Part shown: one piece after another, positions 28,957 to 38,226 of the stretch
Layout: each line of letters starts with the position of its first letter
Numbering within the stretch: position 1 is the stretch's first letter
NCBI GenBank assembly: GCA_965224245.1
Contig: OZ245046.1
Span: 1,664,001-1,728,000 of the forward strand
Length of the DNA stretch: 64,000 nucleotides
Source: Candidatus Eiseniibacteriota bacterium
GTDB lineage: Bacteria > Eisenbacteria > RBG-16-71-46 > CAZAMP01
Reading direction: 5' to 3'
The notes under the pieces: model-generated
Databases searched by the model: none
What the model saw: only the letters and a program-made list of their open reading frames with translations
What the model was told of the DNA's origin: nothing
Made by a program: the position numbers and the translations under genes

Positions 28957-30444
28957 ATGTCGGCCGCGTGCCGGCGGGCTTTCGCCGAGACGCTCTCGGG
29001 AGCCCCGTGCTATCGTTGGCGGTCGTCAGATCTCGGAGGCACGATCATTCGAACGGGCGATCACAACACGGCGCGTCTCGGGATCGTGGCCTCCATGCTG
29101 GGAGCGATCACGTTCGGCTGCTCGGCCGACCGCCCCGACATCATCCTGATCTCGATCGACACGCTCCGGCCCGATCACCTGGGTCTGTACGGCTACGAGC
29201 GCCCCACGTCACCGAACCTCGATCGCTGGTTCGCCGATGCCGCGCGCTTCGAGCGCTGCTACGCGACCGAGGCCAGCACGTCTCCGAGCGTCGTGAGCAT
29301 GCTGAGCGGGCGTTACCCGGACGAGCATCGCGTGCGCCTCCTCTATCAGCTCGTCCCCCCCGATCTGGAGCTGGTGACCGACTGGCTCCCCGACGAGTAC
29401 CAGACGGCGGCGGTGGTCTCGAACATCGTCCTGACCGACGAGGCCAGTGGGCTGGCCCGGTACTTCCAGTTCTACGACGACTTCGTGGACGAGAAGGAGC
29501 CCTACCGCGTCAACTACGAGCGGAACGCGCGGCGGACCACCGACGCGGCGCTCCGCTGGCTGCGGGAGGCCCGGGACCCCGAGCGCCCGCTGTTCCTGTG
29601 GGTCCACTACATCGACCCCCACGGTCCGTACCATCCACCGGACGACTGGACGCCCTCGTTCACCCACGTCGGCTTCGTGCCGCTGGAGACCGAACGCGTG
29701 CTCGCTTATCAGATCGAGCCCGGGATCGACGACGCTCTGACCTACGTCGATCGCTACGACGAGGAGATCGCGTACATGGACGCGCACGTGGGGCGACTCA
29801 TGGACGTTTACGCGGAGACGCGACCCATCGACGAGGCGTTCGTCGTCTTCACGTCCGATCACGGCGAGAGCATGATCGAGCACGAGAGGTGGTTCACACA
29901 CGGCTATCACGTGTACGACGAGATCGCGCGCGTTCCGCTGCTGATCCGCGGCCCCGGCATCGCCGCGGGTTCCCACGACGCGCTCGTGTCGGGCATCGAC
30001 GTCGTTCCGACGATTCTCCGCATGGCCGGTGTCTCGGTCCCCTCGGAGCTTCGCGGGTACGACCTCGCCGATCCCGGGGCGGTGCCCCGCGATCGGATGG
30101 TCTTCACCGAGGGTACCCAGGAGCAGTACTCCCTTCGCGCGGCGGTGCAGGGCCAGGGCAAGTGGATCGCGCTGATCGCGAAGGGGTCGTATCAGGTTCT
30201 GGACCGGCGCTTCTACGATCTCGCCGGGGATCCCGAGGAGATGACCCAGATCTCGTGGGACGATCGCGAAGGGGGCGCCGGCGAGGCCGGCACCCGCCTC
30301 CTGGAGCTGATCGCCTCGGATCCCGATCCCGGAGGGCTGCCCGACGCCTACAGCGCCGGGATGCGGCTGCGCGCGCCGAAGATCGCGCCGAGGGTGTCCG
30401 AGGAGGACCTCGAGCGACTCCGATCCCTCGGCTACGTCAACTGA
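28957..30444 (+). CDS. Sulfatase-like hydrolase/transferase (alkaline phosphatase superfamily)
   Basis: ILISIDTLRPDHL..YGY.RPTSPN.D, FLWVHYIDPHGPY, YDEEIAYMD, TSDHGE, VPLLI, RLRSLGY. Start uncertain. Confidence 0.88.
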   Translation: MSAACRRAFAETLSGAPCYRWRSSDLGGTIIRTGDHNTARLGIVASMLGAITFGCSADRPDIILISIDTLRPDHLGLYGYERPTSPNLDRWFADAARFERCYATEASTSPSVVSMLSGRYPDEHRVRLLYQLVPPDLELVTDWLPDEYQTAAVVSNIVLTDEASGLARYFQFYDDFVDEKEPYRVNYERNARRTTDAALRWLREARDPERPLFLWVHYIDPHGPYHPPDDWTPSFTHVGFVPLETERVLAYQIEPGIDDALTYVDRYDEEIAYMDAHVGRLMDVYAETRPIDEAFVVFTSDHGESMIEHERWFTHGYHVYDEIARVPLLIRGPGIAAGSHDALVSGIDVVPTILRMAGVSVPSELRGYDLADPGAVPRDRMVFTEGTQEQYSLRAAVQGQGKWIALIAKGSYQVLDRRFYDLAGDPEEMTQISWDDREGGAGEAGTRLLELIASDPDPGGLPDAYSAGMRLRAPKIAPRVSEEDLERLRSLGYVN

Positions 30445-30501
30445 TGCGGCGGGTGACGCGCTCGCCTCGTCGGCTCACGCGTCACGTGCAGGTCGGGCCG
30501 G

Positions 30502-31188
30502 CTACTTGCCGTACGTGTCCTTGATCCGTCCCCAGCTCGTCTCCTGCACCGGAGTCGCGTCGGCGTACACCAGCGTCAGGTCGTCGATCATCGCGCGCGG
30601 CTTCGAGTACTCGTCGCCGTAGGTCGCGTAGAACACCAGCTGATCGAAGTCCGCCCCCGATACCTCGAGCGTCGTCACGGCCACGTTGTCGCGGCCTCCG
30701 AGGTCGGAGATCACGAACGAATCGCTGGCGACCACCGACCCGCCGTCGAGAGCATCCAGGTGAAACTCGATGCCTCCCCAGACACCGTTCTCGTAGTACG
30801 CCAGATCGAACGATGCGGACGTGACCACGCCCCCGAGATCCATGGTGACGTTCGACAGGCCGCCGATCGAGAGGTTGTCTCCCGGAACCCACGCGATGCC
30901 GAACGTCAGGGCGTTCACCGGGCTTCCGTACCCGGGGAAGTCCGCGTACAGGAGACCGGCGTTCTCCACGATGAACTCGTCGTCCGGCGCGGGTTCGAAC
31001 GTCTCGCCGCTGGGAAACACGCCGGATACCGTGTTCAGGTCGTGGTAGGTCACGCCCATGTGCATGAGCGGGTCGCCCTGGGGTCCTTCGGTCAGGTCTT
31101 CGTAGTCGATGACGATGGTGCCGGCCCCGGCCCCACCGGCGATGAGCAGGACGGCCGCGGCCGAGGCGAGCGTGGTGATCGCATTCAT
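30502..31188 (-). CDS. Secreted hypothetical protein with C-terminal SWGxIKxxY tag
   Basis: GGAGGAG RBS, signal peptide MNAITTLASAAAVLLIAGGAGA, beta-rich acidic domain, ends TPVQETSWGRIKDTYGK. Confidence 0.82.
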   Translation of the reverse strand: MNAITTLASAAAVLLIAGGAGAGTIVIDYEDLTEGPQGDPLMHMGVTYHDLNTVSGVFPSGETFEPAPDDEFIVENAGLLYADFPGYGSPVNALTFGIAWVPGDNLSIGGLSNVTMDLGGVVTSASFDLAYYENGVWGGIEFHLDALDGGSVVASDSFVISDLGGRDNVAVTTLEVSGADFDQLVFYATYGDEYSKPRAMIDDLTLVYADATPVQETSWGRIKDTYGK

Positions 31189-31387
31189 GGATGACACTCC
31201 TCCAGAGTTGTAGACGCTGCGTGGGCTCCGCGAGATGACCGATCCCGGAACGGGACGACACACGGAGTCGAGTCGTCGCCCGGCACCAGGAACGGCGAGC
31301 GGGAGTCTATCACGATCGGCTCCAGGGCGTGCGGGCGCGCGGGCGCATCCGGAGCACCCGGGAGCACTCCGTCACCGTCATGTCGGG

Positions 31388-32437
31388 CTAGTCGGTCCGT
31401 TCCAGAAGCGCGTCCTCCGCGGCGTACCGGGCCTCCAGGTCGTCCGGCGGCGCCGGCATGTTCTCGCGTTCCCAGGCGACCGTCCGGGCGAGCGCGTCGG
31501 GTCGCGGCGTCACCTCCGCGTAGCCGAGCTCCTCCCGGATCCGGGACGAGTCGGCCACCAGATGCTGGTCGGTGCGCATGCCGGGCTCGAGGTGCGGCAG
31601 GCCGTCCGATGCGGACACGACCCGGACGTCCCCCCGCCATCCGGCCGCGCCACCGATGGTGGCCGCCCACTCGGACTCGGTCAGTGCGCGCGCCTCCCCC
31701 ACGTTGTAGGTGTGATCTCCGGGTTCCCGGTCGATCACCGCGCGAACGATGGCGGCCGCCATGTCCGCGACGTAGCCCCGCGTCACGCGCCATCCCGCCA
31801 GCGCGCGGTCGAGGAGCAGCGCCGGGCGCGCGTCCAGCATCGGCCGCAGGTAGGCGCTCATCCGGTGCTGTCGATCTCGCGGGCCGTACACCATGGGGAG
31901 GCGGAGGACGACGGTCTCGACGCCGGGGGCACTGCGGTACGCGCGCTCGACGAGGATCTTGTCGTAGTCGTCGAGGTGGCGATGGGGATCGTCCGCCCCC
32001 CGGGAGCTCGCCCCGCGGTACGGGTAGAGCGCCCTCCGGAGCTCGGACTCCTCGGTCAGCGGCAGCTCCTGTGTGGGTCCGTCCTCCGAGCCGTTCACGA
32101 GGCCATAGGCGCGATACACGTCCTGGCTGCTGAGGACGACGATCCGGCGCGCGAGGTGACCGAGCTCGGTGAGCACGGCCTCGGCGTCGGACTCGACGAC
32201 GGCGATCATGTCGAGGATCACCTCGGGGGCGAACGCGTCGAGCGGGTCGCGGAGCTCGGCGAGGTATCCGCGGTCACCGAGCCGACACGGCGGGCATCGG
32301 ATGTGGCGGGTCGCCGCGGGCAGCTCGGCGATGGTGGTGCCCCGATGGAGCACCGCCACCTCGTGTCCGAGCGCGTCGAGCCCGGCCACCACGTGCGGGC
32401 CCATGAACCCGGTACCGCCGATGATCAGGACTCGCAT
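31388..32437 (-). CDS. NAD-dependent epimerase/dehydratase family (atypical SDR)
   Basis: RVLIIGGTGFMG, LSSQDVY, YDKILVE, LRLPMVYGP, YNVGE. Confidence 0.9.
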   Translation of the reverse strand: MRVLIIGGTGFMGPHVVAGLDALGHEVAVLHRGTTIAELPAATRHIRCPPCRLGDRGYLAELRDPLDAFAPEVILDMIAVVESDAEAVLTELGHLARRIVVLSSQDVYRAYGLVNGSEDGPTQELPLTEESELRRALYPYRGASSRGADDPHRHLDDYDKILVERAYRSAPGVETVVLRLPMVYGPRDRQHRMSAYLRPMLDARPALLLDRALAGWRVTRGYVADMAAAIVRAVIDREPGDHTYNVGEARALTESEWAATIGGAAGWRGDVRVVSASDGLPHLEPGMRTDQHLVADSSRIREELGYAEVTPRPDALARTVAWERENMPAPPDDLEARYAAEDALLERTD

Positions 32438-32686
32438 GCGCGACCGCCTCCCGGGGGCTCACCGCATCGTGACCCGGCGCCCGTTCCGGGTGCTCTACGA
32501 GCGAGAGCCACCGCCGTTGCGGACGATTCCGCGACCGCGCCGCATCGCGGCCCCCGTGCACGTGATCCGTCACACCGCCGGGGCCGCGCGACACCAGGGC
32601 CGGCGTGTCCACTCTCCCACTCACGTCAGGGTCTGTTACCCTCGTCTTCTGGACAGCCGGGGCCGCGACCCACGAGGAGAGCCACC

Positions 32687-33367
32687 ATGACCCGCATGCC
32701 ACCGATCGCCGCATTCGTCCTGCTCGCACTGGGCACCGGGTCCGAGGCGCGTGATCTCGACATCTGCTGGATGGTGAACGTCGCGGTGACCCTCCCGAGC
32801 TACGCCGGCTGCGCCGACCCGGACCTCGTCGCGCTCGACGAGCTGGACTGCGTCGACGTTCCGATCGGGGCCTCGGTCGGGCCCGGCTTCGTCTGGGTCG
32901 TGATCAACCACCTCGACGGATTCGAGAACGGGATCGGGGGCGCCCAGTTCGGCCTCTCCCACGACCTCGGGTTCGTGCCGTGGACACTGTGTACCGGAGG
33001 ATCGGAGATTCCGATGGACGGCTGGCCGGCCAGCGGAACCGGCAACGCCGTGGTCTGGACCGACGGGTGCTACGAGCCGCCGAGCGAGACGGCACGCGTC
33101 GGGTTCCTCTCGGTGGCCGAGACCTCCAGCGGCGAGATCTTCGTCGTGGGAGATCCCCGGATCGGCGACACCATCTTCGCCGACTGCAACGCGGATCTCT
33201 TCTCGATCTGTCACTCGAGCAGCGGCGGTGGCTCGCTGACCGACCTGTACCTCGCCTGCGAGCCCTGCGGCAAGTCCGGGTATCCCTGCTACGACGGCAC
33301 GCCGGCCGAGGCGACGACGTGGGGCCGGCTCCGGTCCGTGTTCGGGCTCCCCGACGGGCCGCGCTAG
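32687..33367 (+). CDS. Secreted Cys-rich hypothetical protein with C-terminal TWGxLRxxF tag; paralog of 2326..3030
   Basis: GAGGAG RBS, signal peptide, GIGGAQFG, LCTGGSEIP, WPASGTGNA, DPRIG; ends TPAEATTWGRLRSVFGLPDGPR. Confidence 0.82.
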   Translation: MTRMPPIAAFVLLALGTGSEARDLDICWMVNVAVTLPSYAGCADPDLVALDELDCVDVPIGASVGPGFVWVVINHLDGFENGIGGAQFGLSHDLGFVPWTLCTGGSEIPMDGWPASGTGNAVVWTDGCYEPPSETARVGFLSVAETSSGEIFVVGDPRIGDTIFADCNADLFSICHSSSGGGSLTDLYLACEPCGKSGYPCYDGTPAEATTWGRLRSVFGLPDGPR

Positions 33368-34065
33368 CGCGCGGCGGCCGGGAACAGCACGAAGTCATCG
33401 ATCGAGTACGAGGCGTCCTCGTACTTCCCCCGCAGAAACGGCTCCACCTCGGTGGCGATCACACCGTTCGCCTCGGTCGTATCGAAGCGGAACTCCCCGC
33501 CGTTGGCGTCGAAGAACGCGACACGTTTAGGGCTGCGAAAGAACGCGGTCGCGTGCGCCCAGGGCTCGGGCCCGTCGCCGAAGATGCCCAGGATCATCGA
33601 CTGGCGAAAGTGATCGGCCTGGAGTGTCGAGCCGGCGTCCACGCAGCTGAAGGCCAGGTCGTACTTGGCGCTCGTGTGCTTGGCCTGCGTACCGTGCTGC
33701 CAGCTCCGGAGCGTGTCGAGGCTGATCTCGCTGACCCTCTTCTTGAACGTCGCATAGGGCTTGCCGGCGCACTCGTAGGGCGCCACGCGTCTCAGGTAGT
33801 CGGTCTGCTTGCCGGCGATGCTGGCCGCCTTGGGCATCGGTCGTGCTTCCTTCGTGTCGGCGTGCGAGCCCTCGAACAGGAACTGGAGCTCCTGCTTCAG
33901 CGCATCCTCGTCGAGGGTGGAGTTCCACCACCCGAACGCAAACCCACCGGGGTTGCGAAACTGACAGGCCAGCCACTTGAAAGCCAGACGGAAGCAGACG
34001 CCGTCGCCGGCGCCCTCGATGAACGTCTGCCAGAAGTCGCGACCCTGGACTCGTCGGTTCCACAC
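33364..34065 (-). CDS. YopT/AvrPphB-like (peptidase C58) papain-fold cysteine protease
   Basis: GVCFRLAFKWL (Cys), AHATAF (His) and FFDANGGEFRF (Asp) match the YopT-family pattern GxC...W / HAxA / FFDPNxGEF. Confidence 0.65.
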   Translation of the reverse strand: MWNRRVQGRDFWQTFIEGAGDGVCFRLAFKWLACQFRNPGGFAFGWWNSTLDEDALKQELQFLFEGSHADTKEARPMPKAASIAGKQTDYLRRVAPYECAGKPYATFKKRVSEISLDTLRSWQHGTQAKHTSAKYDLAFSCVDAGSTLQADHFRQSMILGIFGDGPEPWAHATAFFRSPKRVAFFDANGGEFRFDTTEANGVIATEVEPFLRGKYEDASYSIDDFVLFPAAAR

Positions 34066-34262
34066 GTTCGGGTCTCCTCGTGACGGAGGTCATGGCGCGG
34101 CCGCCGCGATGCGTGCCGGCGAGAGTATGAGGCCAAGTCGACCGGGACGCGAGTGTCTCGATCAGCCGGCGCGCGGGGCGTGCGCGTCGGCGGACCGGCG
34201 TCGTGCTAGAGTCCGAGGTGGAGCACGACGATCCGTCGACCCGCGATCGCGGACGGGGGCCG

Positions 34263-37200
34263 ATGTCGGAGACAGGCGACAGACAGAAGCAGATCGAGCG
34301 TCTCTTTCAGCAGGCGCTGGCGCTTCCCGCATCCCAGCGCGAGCGCTTCGTCCGAGAGCGCACGCGGGATCACCCCGACGTTTGTGACGAGGTCGCCAAG
34401 CTCCTGGAGTCGTACGGCAGCGCGCGGGACTCCTTCCTCGACTCCCCCGTCGACCTCGGGCTGGCGCCGGTCCTGGGTCCACCGCGCGAGGCCGCGTCCC
34501 GGCCCGCGCCCCCACCCGATGCCCCACCCGAGCGAATCGGTCAGTATCCCGTGGTCGGCGAGCTCGGTCGGGGCGGAATGGGAGTCGTGTACCGGGCCAT
34601 CGATCCGCAGCTCCTGCGCGAGGTCGCCATCAAGATGCTGCCCCCGGCCGTCTCGGACGACCCCACCTGGCTCGAGCAGTTCCGTCACGAGGCGCGGACG
34701 CTCGCGTCGATCAACCATCCGAACATCGCCACCGTCTTCTCGCTGGAGGAGGACCACGAGGTCTCCTTTCTGACCATGGAGCTGGTCGAGGGCGAGCTCC
34801 TGGCCGAGCGGACCCGGCGCGGCGCGTTGCCCCTCGACCACGCCCTGAGCATCGCTCAGCAGATGGCGGCCGCGCTCGAGGCAGCGCATCAGCGGGACGT
34901 GGTCCACCGGGATCTCAAGCCGCTGAACATCATGGTCACCGTGGACGGGCGCGTGAAGGTGCTCGACTTCGGGCTGGCGCGAAGCCCGTCGTCCGAGGAG
35001 ACCGATGCCGGCGATCGCGTCGTCGGGACGCCGGGGTACATGAGCCCCGAGCAGCTCCGCGGCGCTCCCGTCGACGTACGTGCCGACATCTGGGCCTTCG
35101 GCTGCGTGCTCTACGAGTGCCTGACCGGCGTGCCGGCGATCCGCGGCGCCACGGTGGACGAGCAGATCGCGGCCACGCTGGAGGGAACACCGGACTGGTC
35201 TCTGGTGCCGCCGGCCGTCCCCGAGCGCGTGATCGAGGTGCTGAAGCGCTGCCTGGCCACCGCCGAGTCCGATCGCCCGGACCACATCTCGTCGGCCCGC
35301 CGGGAGATCGAGGAGTCGATGGCGGCCCGCGCCCGCCCGGCGTCGCCCGACACCGGCGGCGTTCGTTCAGCGGGCATCCCCAACAACCTGCCGGTTCCGC
35401 TGACGAGCTTCGTCGGGCGCACCGAGGACACGCAGCGCCTGAGCCGGCTTCTCGGCGCGGCGCGTCTGGTCACGATCGTGGGCGCGGGCGGGTCGGGAAA
35501 GTCGCGTCTGGCGATCGAGATGGGCCGGCAGCAGCTCCGCGGGTTCACCGACGGCGTGTGGCTGGTGCAGCTCGCGTCGGTGACCGATCCGGCCGACGTC
35601 CCCGACGCGGTGGCCGCGGCCCTCGACGTTCCGGACGCGCCGGGCCGGTCTCGCGACCAGGCGATCGTTGAGCACGTCGGCGAGCGGCGCGCACTCCTGA
35701 TCCTCGACAACTGCGAGCACGTGCTGTCCACGGTGGCGCCGCTCGTCGAGCACCTGGGACGCTCCTGCCCCAACCTGGTCCAGCTCGCCACGAGCCGCGA
35801 GTCCCTCGGCGTCTCCGGTGAAGCCACCCACGCCGTGCCGTCGCTCGGCGACGACGCGATCCAGCTCTTCGTCGACCGCGCCGCCGCGGTCCTCCCCGGC
35901 TTCGCCCGAACCGACGCCAACGCCGCCGTCATCGCCACGATCTGTGAGCGCCTGGACGGCATCCCCCTGGCGATCGAGCTGGCCGCCGCCCGGGCGCGCG
36001 TCCTTCCCATCGAGGAGATCGCGACGCGGCTCGACGACCGCTTCCGGTTCCTGAGCGGGGGCTCGCGGACCGCGTTGCCCCGCCACAAGACGCTCCGCGC
36101 CCTGATCGACTGGAGCTACGAGCAGCTCGACGAGAACGAGCAGCGGTTCCTCACCCGCCTCTCGGTCTTCGTGGGCGGGTGGACGCTGGAGGCCGCCGAG
36201 GCGGTGTGCACCGGTGACGACATCGAGGCGTGGGAAGCCCTCGACATCCTCACGCGGCTGCTGGACAAGTCGCTCGCCGAGGCGATGCCCACCGAGGAGT
36301 CGACCTCGCGCGTCCGCTTCCGCATGCTGGAGACGATCCGCGCCTACGCGGCCGAGGAGCTGACCGATCGCGAGGCCACCGAGACCCGCTACCTGGCCTA
36401 CTTCGCCGATCTGGCCGTCACGGCCGAGGGTGAGCTCATGTCGCCGAAGGAAGCCCAGGCCATCGAACGGCTGGCCGCCGACTACGAGAACCTCCGACAT
36501 GCGATCGAGATCGGGCTCTCCGGCGCGGACATCGCCCCCGGGACGCTCGAGATCACGCGGGCCGTGCTGCAGCTCCTGTCCATCCGGTCGCGCTGGCGCG
36601 AGGGCATGCAGGTCGGGCTGGCCGCACTCCGGCATCCGGCGATCGGCGACGCGGATCGCACCGCGGTCGGACACGTGCATCACCGTCTCGGAAACATGGC
36701 GCGGCCCCTGCTGGAGCAGGACACCGCGCGGCATCACTACGACGAGGCGATGGCGATCTGGAAGGAGACCGGCAACACCCGCAACCAGGCCGCGGTGCTG
36801 AACAACCGCGGGCTCGTGGCGCACCACACCGGCGACATCGAGCAGGCGAAGGCCCTCTTCACCGAGGCGCTGGCCCTGAACCGCACGCACGGGAACCTCG
36901 ACTTCGCCTCGTCCAACCTGAACAACCTCGGTCTCATCGCCACCGAGAACGACCGGGTCGAGGAGGCCGTCGAGTACTTCTCGCAGGCGCTGGAGATGTC
37001 CCGCGAGATGGGGCTGACGGTGTACATGGCCCTGTTCGCGGACAACCTGGCCACCGCCTACAGCAAGCTGAACCAGAACGATCGCGCGCGCGCGCTGCAC
37101 GAGGAGAGCATCGCCCTCAACCGACAGGTCGGGAACCAGCGAGGCGTGGCCACCACGCTTCACAACCTCGCGAGCATCCTGCTCGACGAGGGTGCGCACG

Positions 37201-37520
37201 AGGAGGCGCGCGCGCTGCTTCTCGAGAGTCTCGACATCAAGTCCGAGAACGACGACACGCGCGGCCTCCTGTTCGGCCTCGAGTCCATGGCCGATCTCGC
37301 GTGGCGCCTGGGCGAGTGGGATCACGCCGTGCGTCTTCTGGCCGTGGCCGATCGTGACCGCGAGCGGTTCAACGTGCCGCTCGCGCTGGCGCAGGGCCGT
37401 CAGGTGGGCATCATCCTGGCGAGCTGTCGCGAGCAGCTCGGGGAGGCGAGGTTCGACGACGCCTGGAACGACGGACTGACGCTGACGCTGGCCGAGGCCG
37501 TGGCCCTGGCCCGGGAGTGA
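34263..37520 (+). CDS. Ser/Thr protein kinase - STAND (NB-ARC/AfsR-like) ATPase - TPR protein
   Basis: LGRGGMGVVY, VAIK, HRDLKPLN, DFG, GTPGYMSPE; SFVGR, Walker A GAGGSGKS, LLILDNCEH, LDGIPLAIELAA; TPRs such as LNNLG. Confidence 0.92.
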   Translation: MSETGDRQKQIERLFQQALALPASQRERFVRERTRDHPDVCDEVAKLLESYGSARDSFLDSPVDLGLAPVLGPPREAASRPAPPPDAPPERIGQYPVVGELGRGGMGVVYRAIDPQLLREVAIKMLPPAVSDDPTWLEQFRHEARTLASINHPNIATVFSLEEDHEVSFLTMELVEGELLAERTRRGALPLDHALSIAQQMAAALEAAHQRDVVHRDLKPLNIMVTVDGRVKVLDFGLARSPSSEETDAGDRVVGTPGYMSPEQLRGAPVDVRADIWAFGCVLYECLTGVPAIRGATVDEQIAATLEGTPDWSLVPPAVPERVIEVLKRCLATAESDRPDHISSARREIEESMAARARPASPDTGGVRSAGIPNNLPVPLTSFVGRTEDTQRLSRLLGAARLVTIVGAGGSGKSRLAIEMGRQQLRGFTDGVWLVQLASVTDPADVPDAVAAALDVPDAPGRSRDQAIVEHVGERRALLILDNCEHVLSTVAPLVEHLGRSCPNLVQLATSRESLGVSGEATHAVPSLGDDAIQLFVDRAAAVLPGFARTDANAAVIATICERLDGIPLAIELAAARARVLPIEEIATRLDDRFRFLSGGSRTALPRHKTLRALIDWSYEQLDENEQRFLTRLSVFVGGWTLEAAEAVCTGDDIEAWEALDILTRLLDKSLAEAMPTEESTSRVRFRMLETIRAYAAEELTDREATETRYLAYFADLAVTAEGELMSPKEAQAIERLAADYENLRHAIEIGLSGADIAPGTLEITRAVLQLLSIRSRWREGMQVGLAALRHPAIGDADRTAVGHVHHRLGNMARPLLEQDTARHHYDEAMAIWKETGNTRNQAAVLNNRGLVAHHTGDIEQAKALFTEALALNRTHGNLDFASSNLNNLGLIATENDRVEEAVEYFSQALEMSREMGLTVYMALFADNLATAYSKLNQNDRARALHEESIALNRQVGNQRGVATTLHNLASILLDEGAHEEARALLLESLDIKSENDDTRGLLFGLESMADLAWRLGEWDHAVRLLAVADRDRERFNVPLALAQGRQVGIILASCREQLGEARFDDAWNDGLTLTLAEAVALARE

Positions 37521-37582
37521 GTCCGCCGAGATCGTCCAGTCTCGCGCCGGTCCACGTCGGACAGCCGCCGTCGCGGACCGCG

Positions 37583-38005
37583 TCAGCAGGCCGCCGCCGC
37601 CCGCGCTCCGGGGTGTCCCGGAGGTCCGCACGGCATCTCCACGCGCTCGCAGGGCGTGCGCCGGCCGATCGAGGTCCGCGACCGCAGATACCCCTGTAGC
37701 TGCCCCACCCCGTAGGCCACCGCGCTGACCACGAACCCGTACTGCTCGGTGACGAGCGCGTAGCCGATCCAGAGCGGCTGCAGACCGAACAGCAACAGCC
37801 AGCCCCAGCCGATGCCGCGTCCGGCCATCATCGTCCCGACGATGCCGACGATCACGAGGGCCCAGCATAGCCGCGACGCGTCGGGCCCCGCCGGGCCGCT
37901 CGTCCGCGCCGCGAGGGTGATCAGGGTCCCCAGCGCGGAGCCGCCCAGAAGCACGCCGGCGATCCGGCGCCGCGTCGTTCCGCTCCGATCGTTCCTCGTC
38001 TGCAT
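37583..38005 (-). CDS. Small membrane protein of unknown function
   Basis: GGAGAG RBS, 3-4 hydrophobic segments (WGWLLLFGLQPLWIGYAL...YGF), preceded by a sigma54-type promoter. Confidence 0.6.
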   Translation of the reverse strand: MQTRNDRSGTTRRRIAGVLLGGSALGTLITLAARTSGPAGPDASRLCWALVIVGIVGTMMAGRGIGWGWLLLFGLQPLWIGYALVTEQYGFVVSAVAYGVGQLQGYLRSRTSIGRRTPCERVEMPCGPPGHPGARAAAAC

Positions 38006-38067
38006 GGCCGCTCTCCGTGGTCTGGTGGCCGGCTCTCGCCGGTCCTGTTTTCATCATCCACACAGAC

Positions 38068-38082
38068 GCACGGCTTGTGCCA
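38068..38082 (-). promoter_or_regulatory. Sigma54 -24/-12 promoter for 37583..38005
   Basis: Minus strand TGGCAC-AAGCC-GTGC (consensus TGGCAC-N5-TTGC, one mismatch). Confidence 0.6.
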
Positions 38083-38151
38083 CCGCGGGGCACGTGACAG
38101 GATCAGCGCACTGGCAACGCGTTACGGTCTCCAGGGGGGCTTGCCGGCGCT

Positions 38152-38182
38152 CGCGACATCTCGTGGCTCGCGAGAAGTCGTG
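38152..38182. promoter_or_regulatory. Paired palindromic sites, putative enhancer-binding-protein UAS
   Basis: CGCGACATCTCGTG (38152) and CGCGAGAAGTCGTG (38169), 17 bp apart and 70 bp upstream of the -24 element. Confidence 0.55.
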
Positions 38183-38226
38183 AGCCTCCGGGGCGACGTT
38201 CCGCGCCACCGTCGACGAGAGAGGTC

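Noticed and set aside
31235-32686. N-terminal extension of the 710-aa ORF 31235..33367
   Set aside because: It overlaps the antisense epimerase gene. The real start is the ATG at 32687, with an RBS and signal peptide. Upstream extensions of the bcr, had and ligase ORFs were trimmed for the same reason.
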